Below are positions 18,702 to 28,612 of a DNA stretch of 64,000 nt, one piece after another. The DNA comes from an uncultured delta proteobacterium (lineage in GTDB: Bacteria; Myxococcota_A; Polyangia; Polyangiales; Polyangiaceae): NCBI GenBank assembly GCA_963806225.1, contig CAWDXG010000004.1, forward strand, positions 3,232,001 to 3,296,000, written 5' to 3'. The notes under the pieces are model-generated. The model saw only the letters and a program-made list of their open reading frames with translations. It made no database searches and was not told the DNA's origin. The translations under genes were made by a program, and so were the position numbers. Numbering within the stretch: the stretch's first letter is position 1; each line of letters opens with the position of its first letter.

Positions 18702-19262
18702 CTAGGTGATGAAAACGCGCGCGTTGTTGGCGGCCAACCGACGCGCCTGGGTGTGGAACAACGCCCGATCCACATGCTGCTCGTTGGCCCGGATCACCTC
18801 GGCGAGCGCCATCGCGGCCAACCCGTGATCTTCGAACGTCGCCTTGGAACCGTTACCCGAGTTCGCGAGGAAGACCTCGAAGTGCTCGGACCGGCCCGGC
18901 CCTGCGGGCGACGAGTTGGATTCGTCCCGCGCACACACGTCGAGCTGGAAACGCTCGCCCCTACCGTCGGCGAGCACGAGGCTTGCGGCGCCGTCCTGCA
19001 CCGGGAGGACCTGCTGTACCGTCCAGCGCCCCAGCCGATCACCCGCGGCCAGCGGCGCGACAAGTCGCGCGGCCTGCGCCAGCGCCGGTTCATCGTCCGC
19101 TACCGGCTCGGCGCCGTCGGGCGCCTTGCCGTCAGGTGACGCGGGCCGCAGAGCGGAGCTCCTGGCCGGGACCGATCCAACCGCGACCCCGGCCGCAGCC
19201 GTGGCTGCTCCAACGCCCAACGCGCCGACCACGAAACGGCGGCTGACTCCATCGCTCTTCAT
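18702..19262 (-). CDS. Tat-signal hypothetical protein (stand-alone accessory domain)
   Basis: SRRFVVGALG twin-arginine signal. GGAG RBS upstream. First gene of the hxs operon. Confidence 0.75.
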   Translation of the reverse strand: MKSDGVSRRFVVGALGVGAATAAAGVAVGSVPARSSALRPASPDGKAPDGAEPVADDEPALAQAARLVAPLAAGDRLGRWTVQQVLPVQDGAASLVLADGRGERFQLDVCARDESNSSPAGPGRSEHFEVFLANSGNGSKATFEDHGLAAMALAEVIRANEQHVDRALFHTQARRLAANNARVFIT

Positions 19263-19297
19263 AAGACTCGCCTCCGGTTGAATCTTCCTCTAATGCT

Positions 19298-19317
19298 GCA
19301 CCGTTCGTCAACGGTGC
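19298..19317. promoter_or_regulatory. Perfect 8-bp inverted repeat upstream of the hxs operon (candidate operator)
   Basis: GCACCGTT-cgtc-AACGGTGC, which contains TTGACG on the minus strand. Confidence 0.35.
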
Positions 19318-19411
19318 GCCAGTGTGGGATGAATGACCACGTACGCAACGCGTCACGTCGCAATGCTGCCAGGCGCGACGATCCCGCCTGTGGATCGCTC
19401 TCCTGAACGAC

Positions 19412-22018
19412 CTATGCGTCGAACGTGAAGCTGCCGTCGAGAACGCCGACCTTTATGGTCGTTCCCGATTTGTAGCCCCCCGATAGGATCGATTCAGCGA
19501 GCGGATCCTGTATCTGCTTCAGGATCGCCCGCTTGAGAGGGCGGGCGCCCAGCGCCGGTTCGTAGCCGAGCTCGACCAGCCGATCCTTGGCCGCGCTGTC
19601 CAGCTCCATGCGCACGTTGCGATCGCTCAACATGCGCTCGAGCCCGCGCAGCTGGATGTCGACGATCGCCCTGAGGTGGTCCCGCGTCAGAGGACGGAAC
19701 ACCACGACGTCGTCGACCCGGTTCAGGAACTCGGGTCGGAAGAACCTGCCGAGCTCGTCCAACAACACGTCGCGCAGCGCTTCGCGTCCCTCGTCGCTCT
19801 CGAACAAGCGGGGCTCCGTCTCGAGTATGCGCTCCGAGCCGACGTTGCTCGTCATGATCACGACGGTGTTGGAGAAGTCCGCGAGCCGCCCGCGGCCGTC
19901 GGTGAGGCGCCCGTCGTCGAGCACCTGGAGCAGCAGGTTGAACACATCCTGGTGCGCCTTCTCCACCTCGTCGAACAGGAGCACGGAGTAGGGCCGACGT
20001 CGTACTGCTTCCGTGAGGAACCCTCCCTGTTCGCTGTCTGCGTATCCGGGGGGAGCGCCAATCAGCCGCTGCGCCATGTGGCGCTCCATGAACTCGCTCA
20101 TGTCGAGCCGCGTCAGCGCCGCCTCGTCGTCGAACAGGAACTCCGCCAGCGCCTTGGCCAGCTCCGTCTTGCCGACTCCGCTGGGCCCCAGAAACAGGAA
20201 CGAGCCGATGGGTTTCTTCGGATCGCGCAACCCCACGCGTCCGCGGCGTACGGCGCGCGAGATGGCACCGACTGCGTCGTCCTGGCCGACCACGCGTTCG
20301 GCCAGACGCTGCTCCATCTTGAGCAGCTTGTCGGCCTCGCCCTCGAGCATCTTCGCCACCGGTATGCCCGTCCACAGCGCCAGGGTCGCCGCCACGTCCT
20401 GCTCGTCGAGGACGCGCAGCACGTCGCTCGCGCCGACGTTCCGCGCCGCTTCCTCGGCCTTCTCCAGACGTTTCTCCAGATCAGGCAGTGTGACGTGCTC
20501 GAGCTCACCGAGGCGCGCGAAGTCCTTCCCGGCGCGGGCCTCTTCCAGCGCCCGCTCTGCTTCCGACAGCTCGCTCTTGAGCGCTCGCACGGCCGCCACG
20601 GCGCCGCGGCGCGATTCCAGCACGGAGCGCATCTCCGTGACTTTCGGTTCGAGCTCGTCGGCTTCGGCCGAAAGCCGTCGCCGCGCCTCCACGCTGGCCG
20701 CGTCGTCGGTGTGCTCGAGGCTCGCGAGCTGGGCCTGGAGCGACTCCAGGCGACGCATCGCCTCGTCGACCGCCGCTGGAACTCCGTCGGTCTCCACGCG
20801 CTTGGCAGCCGCCGCTTCATCGAGCAGATCGATCGCGCTATCCGGCAGGAAACGATCCTGCAGATAGCGCTTTGCCAACCGCACCGCACTCACCACCGCC
20901 CCTTCGCTGATTTCCACGTGGTGATGTTGCTCGTAGCGCGCCGCGATGCCGCGCAGGATCTCGATGGCCTGCTCCGGGTCGGGCTCGTCGATCGAGAGCA
21001 CGGTGAAGAGGCGCAGCACACCGCCGTCACGGTCGGCGATACGCCGGAGCCCCTCCGGCGTCGTGGTGCCGAGCAGCCTGAGCTCGCCGCGCGCAAGCGC
21101 CGGCTTGAGCAGCTCGCCGACGGCGGAACCGGTGGGCCCCTGCCCGAACAACTGATCGATGCCGATCACGACCAGGATCGAGTCGTTGCCCTGCTCGGCC
21201 ACCGACCTCACGAGCTTCTGCACACGCTCCTCGATCTCGCCGCGCAGGCGCGCGCCGGCAACCAGCGCGCCGGAGTCGAGCTCGAACAGCCGCGCCCCGG
21301 CCAGGCTGGTCTGCACGTCCCCGCCGGCGATGCGCCGGGCCAGGGCGCCAACCACCGCGCCCTTGCCCACGCCCGGCTCGCCGACCAGAAGCGGGTGGCT
21401 CTTCTGGCGCCGCTCCAGGATGGTCAGCAGGCGGCGGACCTCGGCATCACGGCCGATCACGGGGTCGATCGTCCCGGCCCGCGCCTCCTCGACCAGATCG
21501 CGGGTGAATCGCTCGAACGAGGCTTTTCCTGCGCCATTTCCGGACGGCCTGAGCGGCCGTGCGACCTGGCGCAGCGCCCCCACGTGGGGTCTGAGCGACC
21601 CGGGGCCGAGTGCGAACGCGCCCAGGATCTCGCCCGCGGGACCGCGGATTTCCTGCGACAGCGCGTTCAGCAGGTGCTCCACCTGCACGCTTCCGGCGCG
21701 ATCCCGCTCGGATTCCCGCTGCGCCCGTTCCAGCAGATCGAGCATCGCTGCGGAGAGGTACGCCGGCTCGGTGGCATGCGGCAGCTCGCCCAGCGCGCGC
21801 TCCACCGACGAAGAGAGCTCCATCACGTTGGCGCCAGCGTGGCGGAAGACCTCGGCCACGCCTGGATCGCGCTCCAGGCCGCGGGCCAGCAGGTGCAGCG
21901 GCTGGACCTCGACGTGCTTGCGCTCATCGGCCAGGGCCTGCGCTCCGACGACCAGCGCCTTGGCGTCGGGGGCAAAACGTTCGAGCGAAAGGGTGGTCGT
22001 GGTCGCGTCCGCCGCCAT
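19412..22018 (-). CDS. clpB: ClpB-family AAA+ chaperone (NBD1 degenerate)
   Basis: Clp N-domain, DPVIGRD, coiled-coil M domain, and NBD2 motifs GPSGVGKT, LFDEVEKAH and GARPLKR. Confidence 0.88.
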   Translation of the reverse strand: MAADATTTTLSLERFAPDAKALVVGAQALADERKHVEVQPLHLLARGLERDPGVAEVFRHAGANVMELSSSVERALGELPHATEPAYLSAAMLDLLERAQRESERDRAGSVQVEHLLNALSQEIRGPAGEILGAFALGPGSLRPHVGALRQVARPLRPSGNGAGKASFERFTRDLVEEARAGTIDPVIGRDAEVRRLLTILERRQKSHPLLVGEPGVGKGAVVGALARRIAGGDVQTSLAGARLFELDSGALVAGARLRGEIEERVQKLVRSVAEQGNDSILVVIGIDQLFGQGPTGSAVGELLKPALARGELRLLGTTTPEGLRRIADRDGGVLRLFTVLSIDEPDPEQAIEILRGIAARYEQHHHVEISEGAVVSAVRLAKRYLQDRFLPDSAIDLLDEAAAAKRVETDGVPAAVDEAMRRLESLQAQLASLEHTDDAASVEARRRLSAEADELEPKVTEMRSVLESRRGAVAAVRALKSELSEAERALEEARAGKDFARLGELEHVTLPDLEKRLEKAEEAARNVGASDVLRVLDEQDVAATLALWTGIPVAKMLEGEADKLLKMEQRLAERVVGQDDAVGAISRAVRRGRVGLRDPKKPIGSFLFLGPSGVGKTELAKALAEFLFDDEAALTRLDMSEFMERHMAQRLIGAPPGYADSEQGGFLTEAVRRRPYSVLLFDEVEKAHQDVFNLLLQVLDDGRLTDGRGRLADFSNTVVIMTSNVGSERILETEPRLFESDEGREALRDVLLDELGRFFRPEFLNRVDDVVVFRPLTRDHLRAIVDIQLRGLERMLSDRNVRMELDSAAKDRLVELGYEPALGARPLKRAILKQIQDPLAESILSGGYKSGTTIKVGVLDGSFTFDA

Positions 22019-22083
22019 GGTGCCGGGAAGGTAACCCCGCGGGAGGCTGGGCAGAACCGCGATCGGGGACCATATTGTCCCCG

Positions 22084-22368
22084 ATGGCCCCCGACGTCGT
22101 GATGTACCGCACCCCGTTCTGCCCGTACTGCGTCCGGGCGAAGGCCCTGCTGAACCGCAAAGGCGTTGCTTTCCGCGAGATCGACGTGTCCGGCGACGCC
22201 GAGAAACGACGCTGGCTGCTTTCGGCGACGCACCAGCGCACCGTTCCGCAGATCTTCATCAACGGCCGCTCGATCGGCGGTTGCGACGAGCTGTACCTGC
22301 TGGAGCGGCAGGGCAAGCTCGACGAGCTCCTCGCCGAGCCGCCACAAGAAGCCCGGGCCGGATCGTAG
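22084..22368 (+). CDS. grxC: Glutaredoxin 3
   Basis: CPYC active site and TVPQIFI..IGGCD. Confidence 0.93.
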   Translation: MAPDVVMYRTPFCPYCVRAKALLNRKGVAFREIDVSGDAEKRRWLLSATHQRTVPQIFINGRSIGGCDELYLLERQGKLDELLAEPPQEARAGS

Positions 22369-22462
22369 CGGAATGCCACACTTAGCGGTCACGAGTGTGG
22401 TATTTTGTCACACGCCGCGTGTGCATCAGGTCCGCTGCTGTTCGCGGTAGTGTGACCGCCAC

Positions 22463-23431
22463 GTGCTGACTCTGGTCGAGCTGCCGCACTGGCTGCTGGC
22501 GGGCCTCGCCGTGGTGCTGGGCCTGCTGTTCGGCAGCTTCCTGAACGTCGTCATCTACCGCGTGCCCCGCGACGAGAGCATCGTGCGTCCGGGCTCGCAC
22601 TGCCCGGCTTGCGGCGCGCCGATCCGCGCCTGGCAGAACGTGCCGGTCTTGAGCTGGCTCCTGCTCGGCGGCAAGGCGCGCTGCTGCGGCACGCCAATCC
22701 CGGCGCGCTATCCGCTAGTAGAGCTGCTCGGAGGCCTGCTCGGCTGGGCCGTCCTCCAGACCATCGTTCTGCAGCTCCCGCCCGGCACCGCGTGGTGGCG
22801 CGCGCTGCTCTCCTTCGCCGTCCACCTCGCGCTGGGGCTCGGCCTGATCGCCGCGGCGTTCATCGATCTCGAGCACATGCTGCTCCCCGACGAGATCACG
22901 ATCGGTGGAGCGCTGCTGGGCGTCGCGAGCGTACCGCTGCGCCCCGGCATCGGCTGGAGCGAGTCGCTGATCGGCGCGGCGATCGGCTTCGTCATCGTGT
23001 GGCTGCCCTTCGACCTTCTGTACTCGAAGCTGCGCGGCCATCCCGGCATGGGTCTCGGCGATGCGAAGCTCACGATGCTGGCGGGGGCGTGGTTCGGGTG
23101 GCCGGGCGCGGTGTTCGCGCTGCTGGCCGGCGCCGTCCAGGGCACCCTCATCACGCTGGTCGTCTTCCTCGTGCAAGGGCGGATCGAGGAACCAGAAGCG
23201 GTGAGGCGCGAGCGCGAAGAGCTGCTCGCCGAGATCGAGGCGGCCGAGGGCGAGGAGAAGAAACGGCTCGAGGAAGAGCTGGACCGGGACCCGATCGGGC
23301 GTGAAGCCGAGGAGGGGATCGGCAAGGCGCGCCTCGCGTTCGGCCCGTTCCTGGTGCTCGCGACGCTGGAGTTCATGCTCTTCGGCAAGGTGCTGGTTCA
23401 TGAGTATCTTGCGTGGCTATGGACGGTCTGA
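22463..23431 (+). CDS. pilD: Prepilin peptidase (A24)
   Basis: GSFLNVVIYRVP, SHCPAC, FIDLEH and GMGLGDAKL. Confidence 0.93.
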   Translation: MLTLVELPHWLLAGLAVVLGLLFGSFLNVVIYRVPRDESIVRPGSHCPACGAPIRAWQNVPVLSWLLLGGKARCCGTPIPARYPLVELLGGLLGWAVLQTIVLQLPPGTAWWRALLSFAVHLALGLGLIAAAFIDLEHMLLPDEITIGGALLGVASVPLRPGIGWSESLIGAAIGFVIVWLPFDLLYSKLRGHPGMGLGDAKLTMLAGAWFGWPGAVFALLAGAVQGTLITLVVFLVQGRIEEPEAVRREREELLAEIEAAEGEEKKRLEEELDRDPIGREAEEGIGKARLAFGPFLVLATLEFMLFGKVLVHEYLAWLWTV

Positions 23432-23474
23432 TCCCGGGGCTCCGTGCTCCGTGCTCCTCCAGGCTCCAGGTCCG

Positions 23475-23882
23475 ATGAAGCGAGATCGAACCAGCTGGAT
23501 CGTGGCAGTGCTTCTGCTCCTGGGCTGTGGCTCCAGCCTGCGCACCGTGCCTCGCGGGCCCACCTCGGGGAACGTCCCGTGGATCGTCGCCGACTATCCG
23601 CCCCCCCCAGCGGAGGTCGAGCAGATCCCACCGGATCCGGGCAAGCCCTGCGCGTGGCAGGACGGGCACTTCCAGTGGCTCGGGCGCCGCTGGCAATGGA
23701 CCGACGGCAAGTGGGTGATCCCGCCGAAAGGCTGTCACTACGTCGACCCGTGGATGTCATGGGTGCCGGCGCGAAACGGGCGGGAGCTGCACTACTGGCT
23801 GCCGCGCTGGCTGCCGAACGTCGCGAACACGATCTGCCAGCAGCCGGTGACGTGCCGGACCCGGAACAAGAGCGCACAATGA
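23475..23882 (+). CDS. Small Trp/Pro-rich lipoprotein (YXWGXW-like)
   Basis: Lipobox LLGC, YPPPP and W.DGHFQW..RWQW..GKW. Confidence 0.7.
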   Translation: MKRDRTSWIVAVLLLLGCGSSLRTVPRGPTSGNVPWIVADYPPPPAEVEQIPPDPGKPCAWQDGHFQWLGRRWQWTDGKWVIPPKGCHYVDPWMSWVPARNGRELHYWLPRWLPNVANTICQQPVTCRTRNKSAQ

Positions 23883-23946
23883 GCCGCAGAACGGGACCCG
23901 GCCTTCCAGAAACCCCGGCATTGTTCTACGTTCCCGCGTCATCACG

Positions 23947-25335
23947 ATGAGCAGTCATATCTTCCGCGAATACGACATCCGCGGCGTTGCGGACCGCGAC
24001 CTGACCGACGACGTGACCCGGAAGATCGGTCGCGGGCTTTCGCGGATGCTGAAGCCCGCCGAGCGCCCCAACGACGCACCGCGCATCGTGGTCGCGCGCG
24101 ACTGCCGCGGCTCGGGCCCGCGCCTGTTCGAGGCCCTGCTCGACGGGCTCGTCTCGGGCGGCACCGAGGTCATCGACGTGGGTGTGGGTCCGACGCCGCT
24201 GATGTACTTCGCGGTGCACCATCTCGATGCCGACGGCGGCGTGATGATCACGGGCAGCCACAACCCGGCCGACGAGAACGGCTTCAAGATCATGCGCGGC
24301 AAGGCCTCGTTCTTCGGCGAGGACCTCCAGAAGCTGCGCGAACTGGTGGAGAGCGACGTGCTCGCCGCCGGCACGCGCGGCTCGATCCAGACGGTACCCG
24401 TGGACGAGCCGTACATAGTCAAGCTGCGCGACTCGGTGCGCATCGAGGACACGACGATGAAAGTGGTCGTCGATGCCGGCAACGGCGCGGCGGGTCCGCT
24501 CGGGCTCCGGGCCATGAACGCGGTGGGGCTGCACCCGACAGCGCTGTTTTGCGAGATGGACGGCGCGTTCCCGAACCACCACCCCGACCCGACGGTACCG
24601 GAGAACCTCGAGACGCTGGTCGAGACGGTGAAGAAGGAAGGCGCGCGCGTCGGCATCGCATGGGACGGCGATGGCGACCGCATGGGCGTGGTGGACGCGA
24701 CGGGCGAAATCGTCTGGGGTGATCGCCTGCTGGCCCTGTTCGCGCGCGACCTGCTCGGCGACCGCCCCGGCTCGGCCGTGCTGGGCGAGGTGAAGTGCTC
24801 GCAGTCGCTGTTCGACGATATCGAGCGGCACGGCGGTCGCCCCATCATGTGGAAGACCGGGCACTCGCTGATCAAGACCAAGCTGAAAGAGGAAGGCGCG
24901 CTGCTCGCCGGCGAGATGAGCGGGCATTTCTTCTTCGCCGACCGCTACTACGGCTACGACGACGGAATCTACGCGGCGCTCCGCCTGCTCGAGATCCTGG
25001 CGCGCGAGGGACGCAGCGTGGTCGAGCTTCTCTCCGACCTGCCGCAGGGCTATTCCACGCCGGAGATGCGCGTCGAATGTCCCGACGCGCTCAAGTTCGA
25101 CGTGGTCGCGAGCGTGCGCGAAACACTGCGCAGCAAGGGGAAGCTCAGCGAGATCGACGGTGCGCGCATCACCTATGACGACGGCGCCTGGGGCCTGGTG
25201 CGGGCGTCGAACACGGGTCCGGTGATCGTGCTGCGTTTCGAAGCGCCTTCCGAGGCGCGCCTGGCAACCATCCGCGCCGAGGTCGAGGGCGCGGTCGAAG
25301 CGGCGCGCAGGCGACTCGAGAGCGAAAAGAGTTGA
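23947..25335 (+). CDS. Phosphomannomutase/phosphoglucomutase
   Basis: IFREYDIRG, TGSHNP, DGDGDR, GEMSGH and RASNT. Confidence 0.95.
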   Translation: MSSHIFREYDIRGVADRDLTDDVTRKIGRGLSRMLKPAERPNDAPRIVVARDCRGSGPRLFEALLDGLVSGGTEVIDVGVGPTPLMYFAVHHLDADGGVMITGSHNPADENGFKIMRGKASFFGEDLQKLRELVESDVLAAGTRGSIQTVPVDEPYIVKLRDSVRIEDTTMKVVVDAGNGAAGPLGLRAMNAVGLHPTALFCEMDGAFPNHHPDPTVPENLETLVETVKKEGARVGIAWDGDGDRMGVVDATGEIVWGDRLLALFARDLLGDRPGSAVLGEVKCSQSLFDDIERHGGRPIMWKTGHSLIKTKLKEEGALLAGEMSGHFFFADRYYGYDDGIYAALRLLEILAREGRSVVELLSDLPQGYSTPEMRVECPDALKFDVVASVRETLRSKGKLSEIDGARITYDDGAWGLVRASNTGPVIVLRFEAPSEARLATIRAEVEGAVEAARRRLESEKS

Positions 25336-25340
25336 GCGCC

Positions 25341-26234
25341 ATGGCGGCCGCACGGAGCCGCCCCGGCGAGACGACCGAGCCGTGGACGGTCGGCCGCGTG
25401 CTCGCCTGGGCCACAGCGGATTTCCGCTCGCGCGCGATCGAGACTGCGCGGCTCGACGCCGAGCTCCTGCTGGGCCTCGCGCTCGGTCTCGATCGCATCC
25501 GGTTGATCCTGGAGCACCAGCGGCCGCTCGCACCGGAGGAGCTCTCGCGCTACCGCGACCTCATCAAGCGACGGCGCGGCGGAGAGCCCATCGCGTACAT
25601 CCGCGGCGAGCGCGAGTTCTACGGCCTGCCCATCCGCGTCGACCCGCGCGTCCTGATCCCGCGCCCGGACACCGAGACGCTCGTCGAGGTCGCGCTGGAG
25701 CGCACCCGCGCGCGCTCCATGTTCGGCAACGCTCTGGACCTGTGCACGGGCTCGGGCTGCGTGGCCATCGCCTTCTCGCACACGCGCCGCACCTGGCGCG
25801 TGACGGGCGTGGACGCCTCGATCGGCGCACTCGAGGTCGCGCGCATCAACGCTCTCTGTCTCGGCGTGGTGCCGGGCCTCCGCTTCCTCGAAGGCGATCT
25901 GTTCGCGCCGCTCGGGCCGGACGAGCGCTTCGATCTGATCACGGCCAATCCGCCGTACATTCCCGACGCGGAGCTGGCTGAGCTCGACGCGGGGATCCGC
26001 GAGTTCGAGCCACGGCTCGCGCTCGCCGGCGGCAGCGACGGGCTCGACGTGATCCGCCGGATCGTCGAAGAGGCGCCCGGGCATCTGTCACCCGGCGGAG
26101 TGCTCGCGCTCGAGGTCGGGCACGACCAGGCCGATCGCGTCGCGGAGCTCTTCGAGCAGGCGGGCCTGTCGCAGATCGGACGCCGGCGCGACTACGGCGG
26201 TCACGAGCGCGTGGTCAGCGCCGCGGCATCATGA
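25341..26234 (+). CDS. prmC: Release factor glutamine methyltransferase
   Basis: GEPIAYI.G, LIPRPDTE, DLCTGSG and NPPY. Confidence 0.95.
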   Translation: MAAARSRPGETTEPWTVGRVLAWATADFRSRAIETARLDAELLLGLALGLDRIRLILEHQRPLAPEELSRYRDLIKRRRGGEPIAYIRGEREFYGLPIRVDPRVLIPRPDTETLVEVALERTRARSMFGNALDLCTGSGCVAIAFSHTRRTWRVTGVDASIGALEVARINALCLGVVPGLRFLEGDLFAPLGPDERFDLITANPPYIPDAELAELDAGIREFEPRLALAGGSDGLDVIRRIVEEAPGHLSPGGVLALEVGHDQADRVAELFEQAGLSQIGRRRDYGGHERVVSAAAS

Positions 26235-28410
26235 CTTGTGCGGACCGCGGCGCACGCCGTGGCCGGCGAGCGTGCCACCGAGCGTTAGGCGCCACAGGTC
26301 GAAGTTGCCGGCGACATTGGCGGAAAAATAGATGTAGTCGCCGCTCCAGGCCGGCGTCTCGAGGTACGTCGTTCCCGTCGTGAGCTGCTGCACGTCGCTG
26401 CCGTCGGGGCGCATCACGTACAGGTTCCAGATCCCGGAGTGCGAGTGCGCGTGGCCGCAGTTCGCCAGATAGGCGATGTAGGCGCCGTCGGCGGACCACA
26501 CCGGATCCTCGTGATCGCAATAACCCGAGGTGATCGTCTTCGGCGAGCCAGCGCCGTCTGGATCTCTGATCTTGATCTGGAGGTAGCTACCGATTGTGCG
26601 GCTGTAGGCGATGGCAACGCCGTCGGGGCTCCACGCCGGATCGACGCCGGGGCCGAGGTACTTGTGCTGCGCGCCGTCCAGCGTGGAGATGTACAGCGAG
26701 TAGCCGCCGTGCCGTCGGCGCTCTGCGGCGTACACCACGCGGGTACTGTCGGGGGAGACGCTCGGCACGCCGATGTCGTAGCCAGCTCGTGCGATGTCGC
26801 GCGCGGACGCGTACCGCGCGGGGGACAGCGTTCTCTCTAGCCGGGCCGAGCCGTCGGAGAGCTCCGCCACATAGACGAAGCCACTGCGGTCGGGGATCCA
26901 CACCGGGCGCCGCGCATGGGCGCCCGCGTAGGTGTACTCCGTGCCGCGGAACGCGCCGTCCTGGCCACACGCCATGACCGCGTCGTCGCCCTCCTCCTCG
27001 GGCACCCGCAGGTCGTAGAGCACGAGCTGTCCGCCGCCCGGCGACGGAGCCGGGTTGAACTCGTTCTCCGGATCGTAGGTGATGCGTTCCAGATTGCCGG
27101 ACTCGCCCTGCGCCGACAGGTCGTGCGGCGGCCCGAGGCTCGCTCCGACGAGGATCGCCGCCACGGCCAGAAGCCCGATGGCCTTGACTCCGGCCCAGCG
27201 CCAGCGCCGATGCTCCTTGCGGCGCGTCTCGAGAGTCTCCTGTAACGAAACCTTCTCCGACTTCTGGTCACTAGCGTCGTGACGCGCGTCCAGCCCCAGC
27301 ACGTTCTCGGCGCCGCAGTACACGCACGCCACCAGCACGGTCCCCGGCGGCTCCACCAGCGGCGCATTGCAGGAGCGGCAGCGATGCGGCTCCCCCGCGC
27401 GGGTCGGAGCGCGCGCCGAGAAATGGAGCGTGAGCAGACGCAGCGCCTGGCGGTCTGTGAGCTGGCCGCGCACCAGATAGAACAACCCGCGGATGGAAGC
27501 GAAGCCCGCCACCGTGAGGAGCAGTCCGTTCCAGAAACGGAAGAAGCACAGCACGTACAGCACCGCCGCGATACCCATGATCACGAGCCACACGCCGAAG
27601 GACGGCAGCGCGGCGACGGCAATGGCGAGGTTGGCCCGGAGCGCGCCCGGTTGCCGCAGCAGCTTGTCGACGAGCTTCTCGGCGTCACGCCGGTTCGTGT
27701 CGCGGGTCATGACCGCCCGGATGCGCGAGCGGATCTCCTGGCTGATCGCCACCCATCCTGAACAGAACCCGCACTGCACCCAGTCCTGGTCCGCCGGTGC
27801 CACCGGCGCACCGCAGTTGTTGCAGTGCAGGTCCGTCACCGGACCGGACGGCGCGGCGACCCCTTCGGCCTGGTTTTGGACGCGCGCGGCGGACGCCTTG
27901 ATCGAATCGCGGAGCGCCTGCAGAGGACGCGGCTTCCTGCTCGTCCTCGGCGCTGGCGAGCACCCGATCGCCGATCCTGAGCTCCCAGAAGTTGTCGTGT
28001 TCCTCGTGCTCTCGTTGCCGAGGAGCTCCAGGCGTCGTCGTGCCGTCCGACCACGCGCACGTCGTCCGGCTTGATGTCCTTCCAGGCGCAGAAGAGCCAG
28101 CGGTTCGGCCCACCGGCGATGCGCAGCCCGTCCGGAGCCAGCACGATGTCGCTCGGACGCTCGCGAAACGCCAGCAGCATGTGCTTCCACCCGTACGACG
28201 ACGACCGCAATCCCGATCAGGATCAGGATCAGGATCAGCCACCAGGTCTGCTCGTAGGTTTCCAGCGCCTCGTCCCACGGCGACAGCAGCGCGGGCACCA
28301 GGAAACGAGCCGACGAACAGCAGACCGGGCGCGAGCGCCGCCGCGGAACGCGCGACGCCCTCCAACGACGAGGTCCCGACCTGGAGCGGCAGGCGCAGAC
28401 TGCGTTGCAT
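26229..28410 (-). pseudogene. Membrane protein with Zn-ribbon motifs and C-terminal TolB/PD40 beta-propeller; N-terminal part frameshifted
   Basis: CNNCG/CGFC and CRSC/CVYCG motifs plus PAWSPDG repeats. Plausible protein text between ~27900 and 28410 is spread over three frames. Confidence 0.6.
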
Positions 28411-28612
28411 CGGACCGCGGATGATAGCCCATCACGGTCCCCGGAAAACAGCCCTGGCAGAACCTCGCGGATCCAGCGCGGGACGGGCGCGCCGTTGTCG
28501 CAGGGAAACACGCGGCACCGTCGATGCGCCACCCCGGGCCGATCCTGTGGCACTCTGGTGAGGGCAAAGGGCGAACCGGGGCGAACCGGCTCCGCCCCGA
28601 ACCGGAACAGAG

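Noticed and set aside
19676..22102. Long antisense ORFs here and elsewhere (e.g. 35821-38481, 51934-54930)
   Set aside because: Expected stop-poor shadows of real genes in high-GC DNA, with no recognisable motifs.
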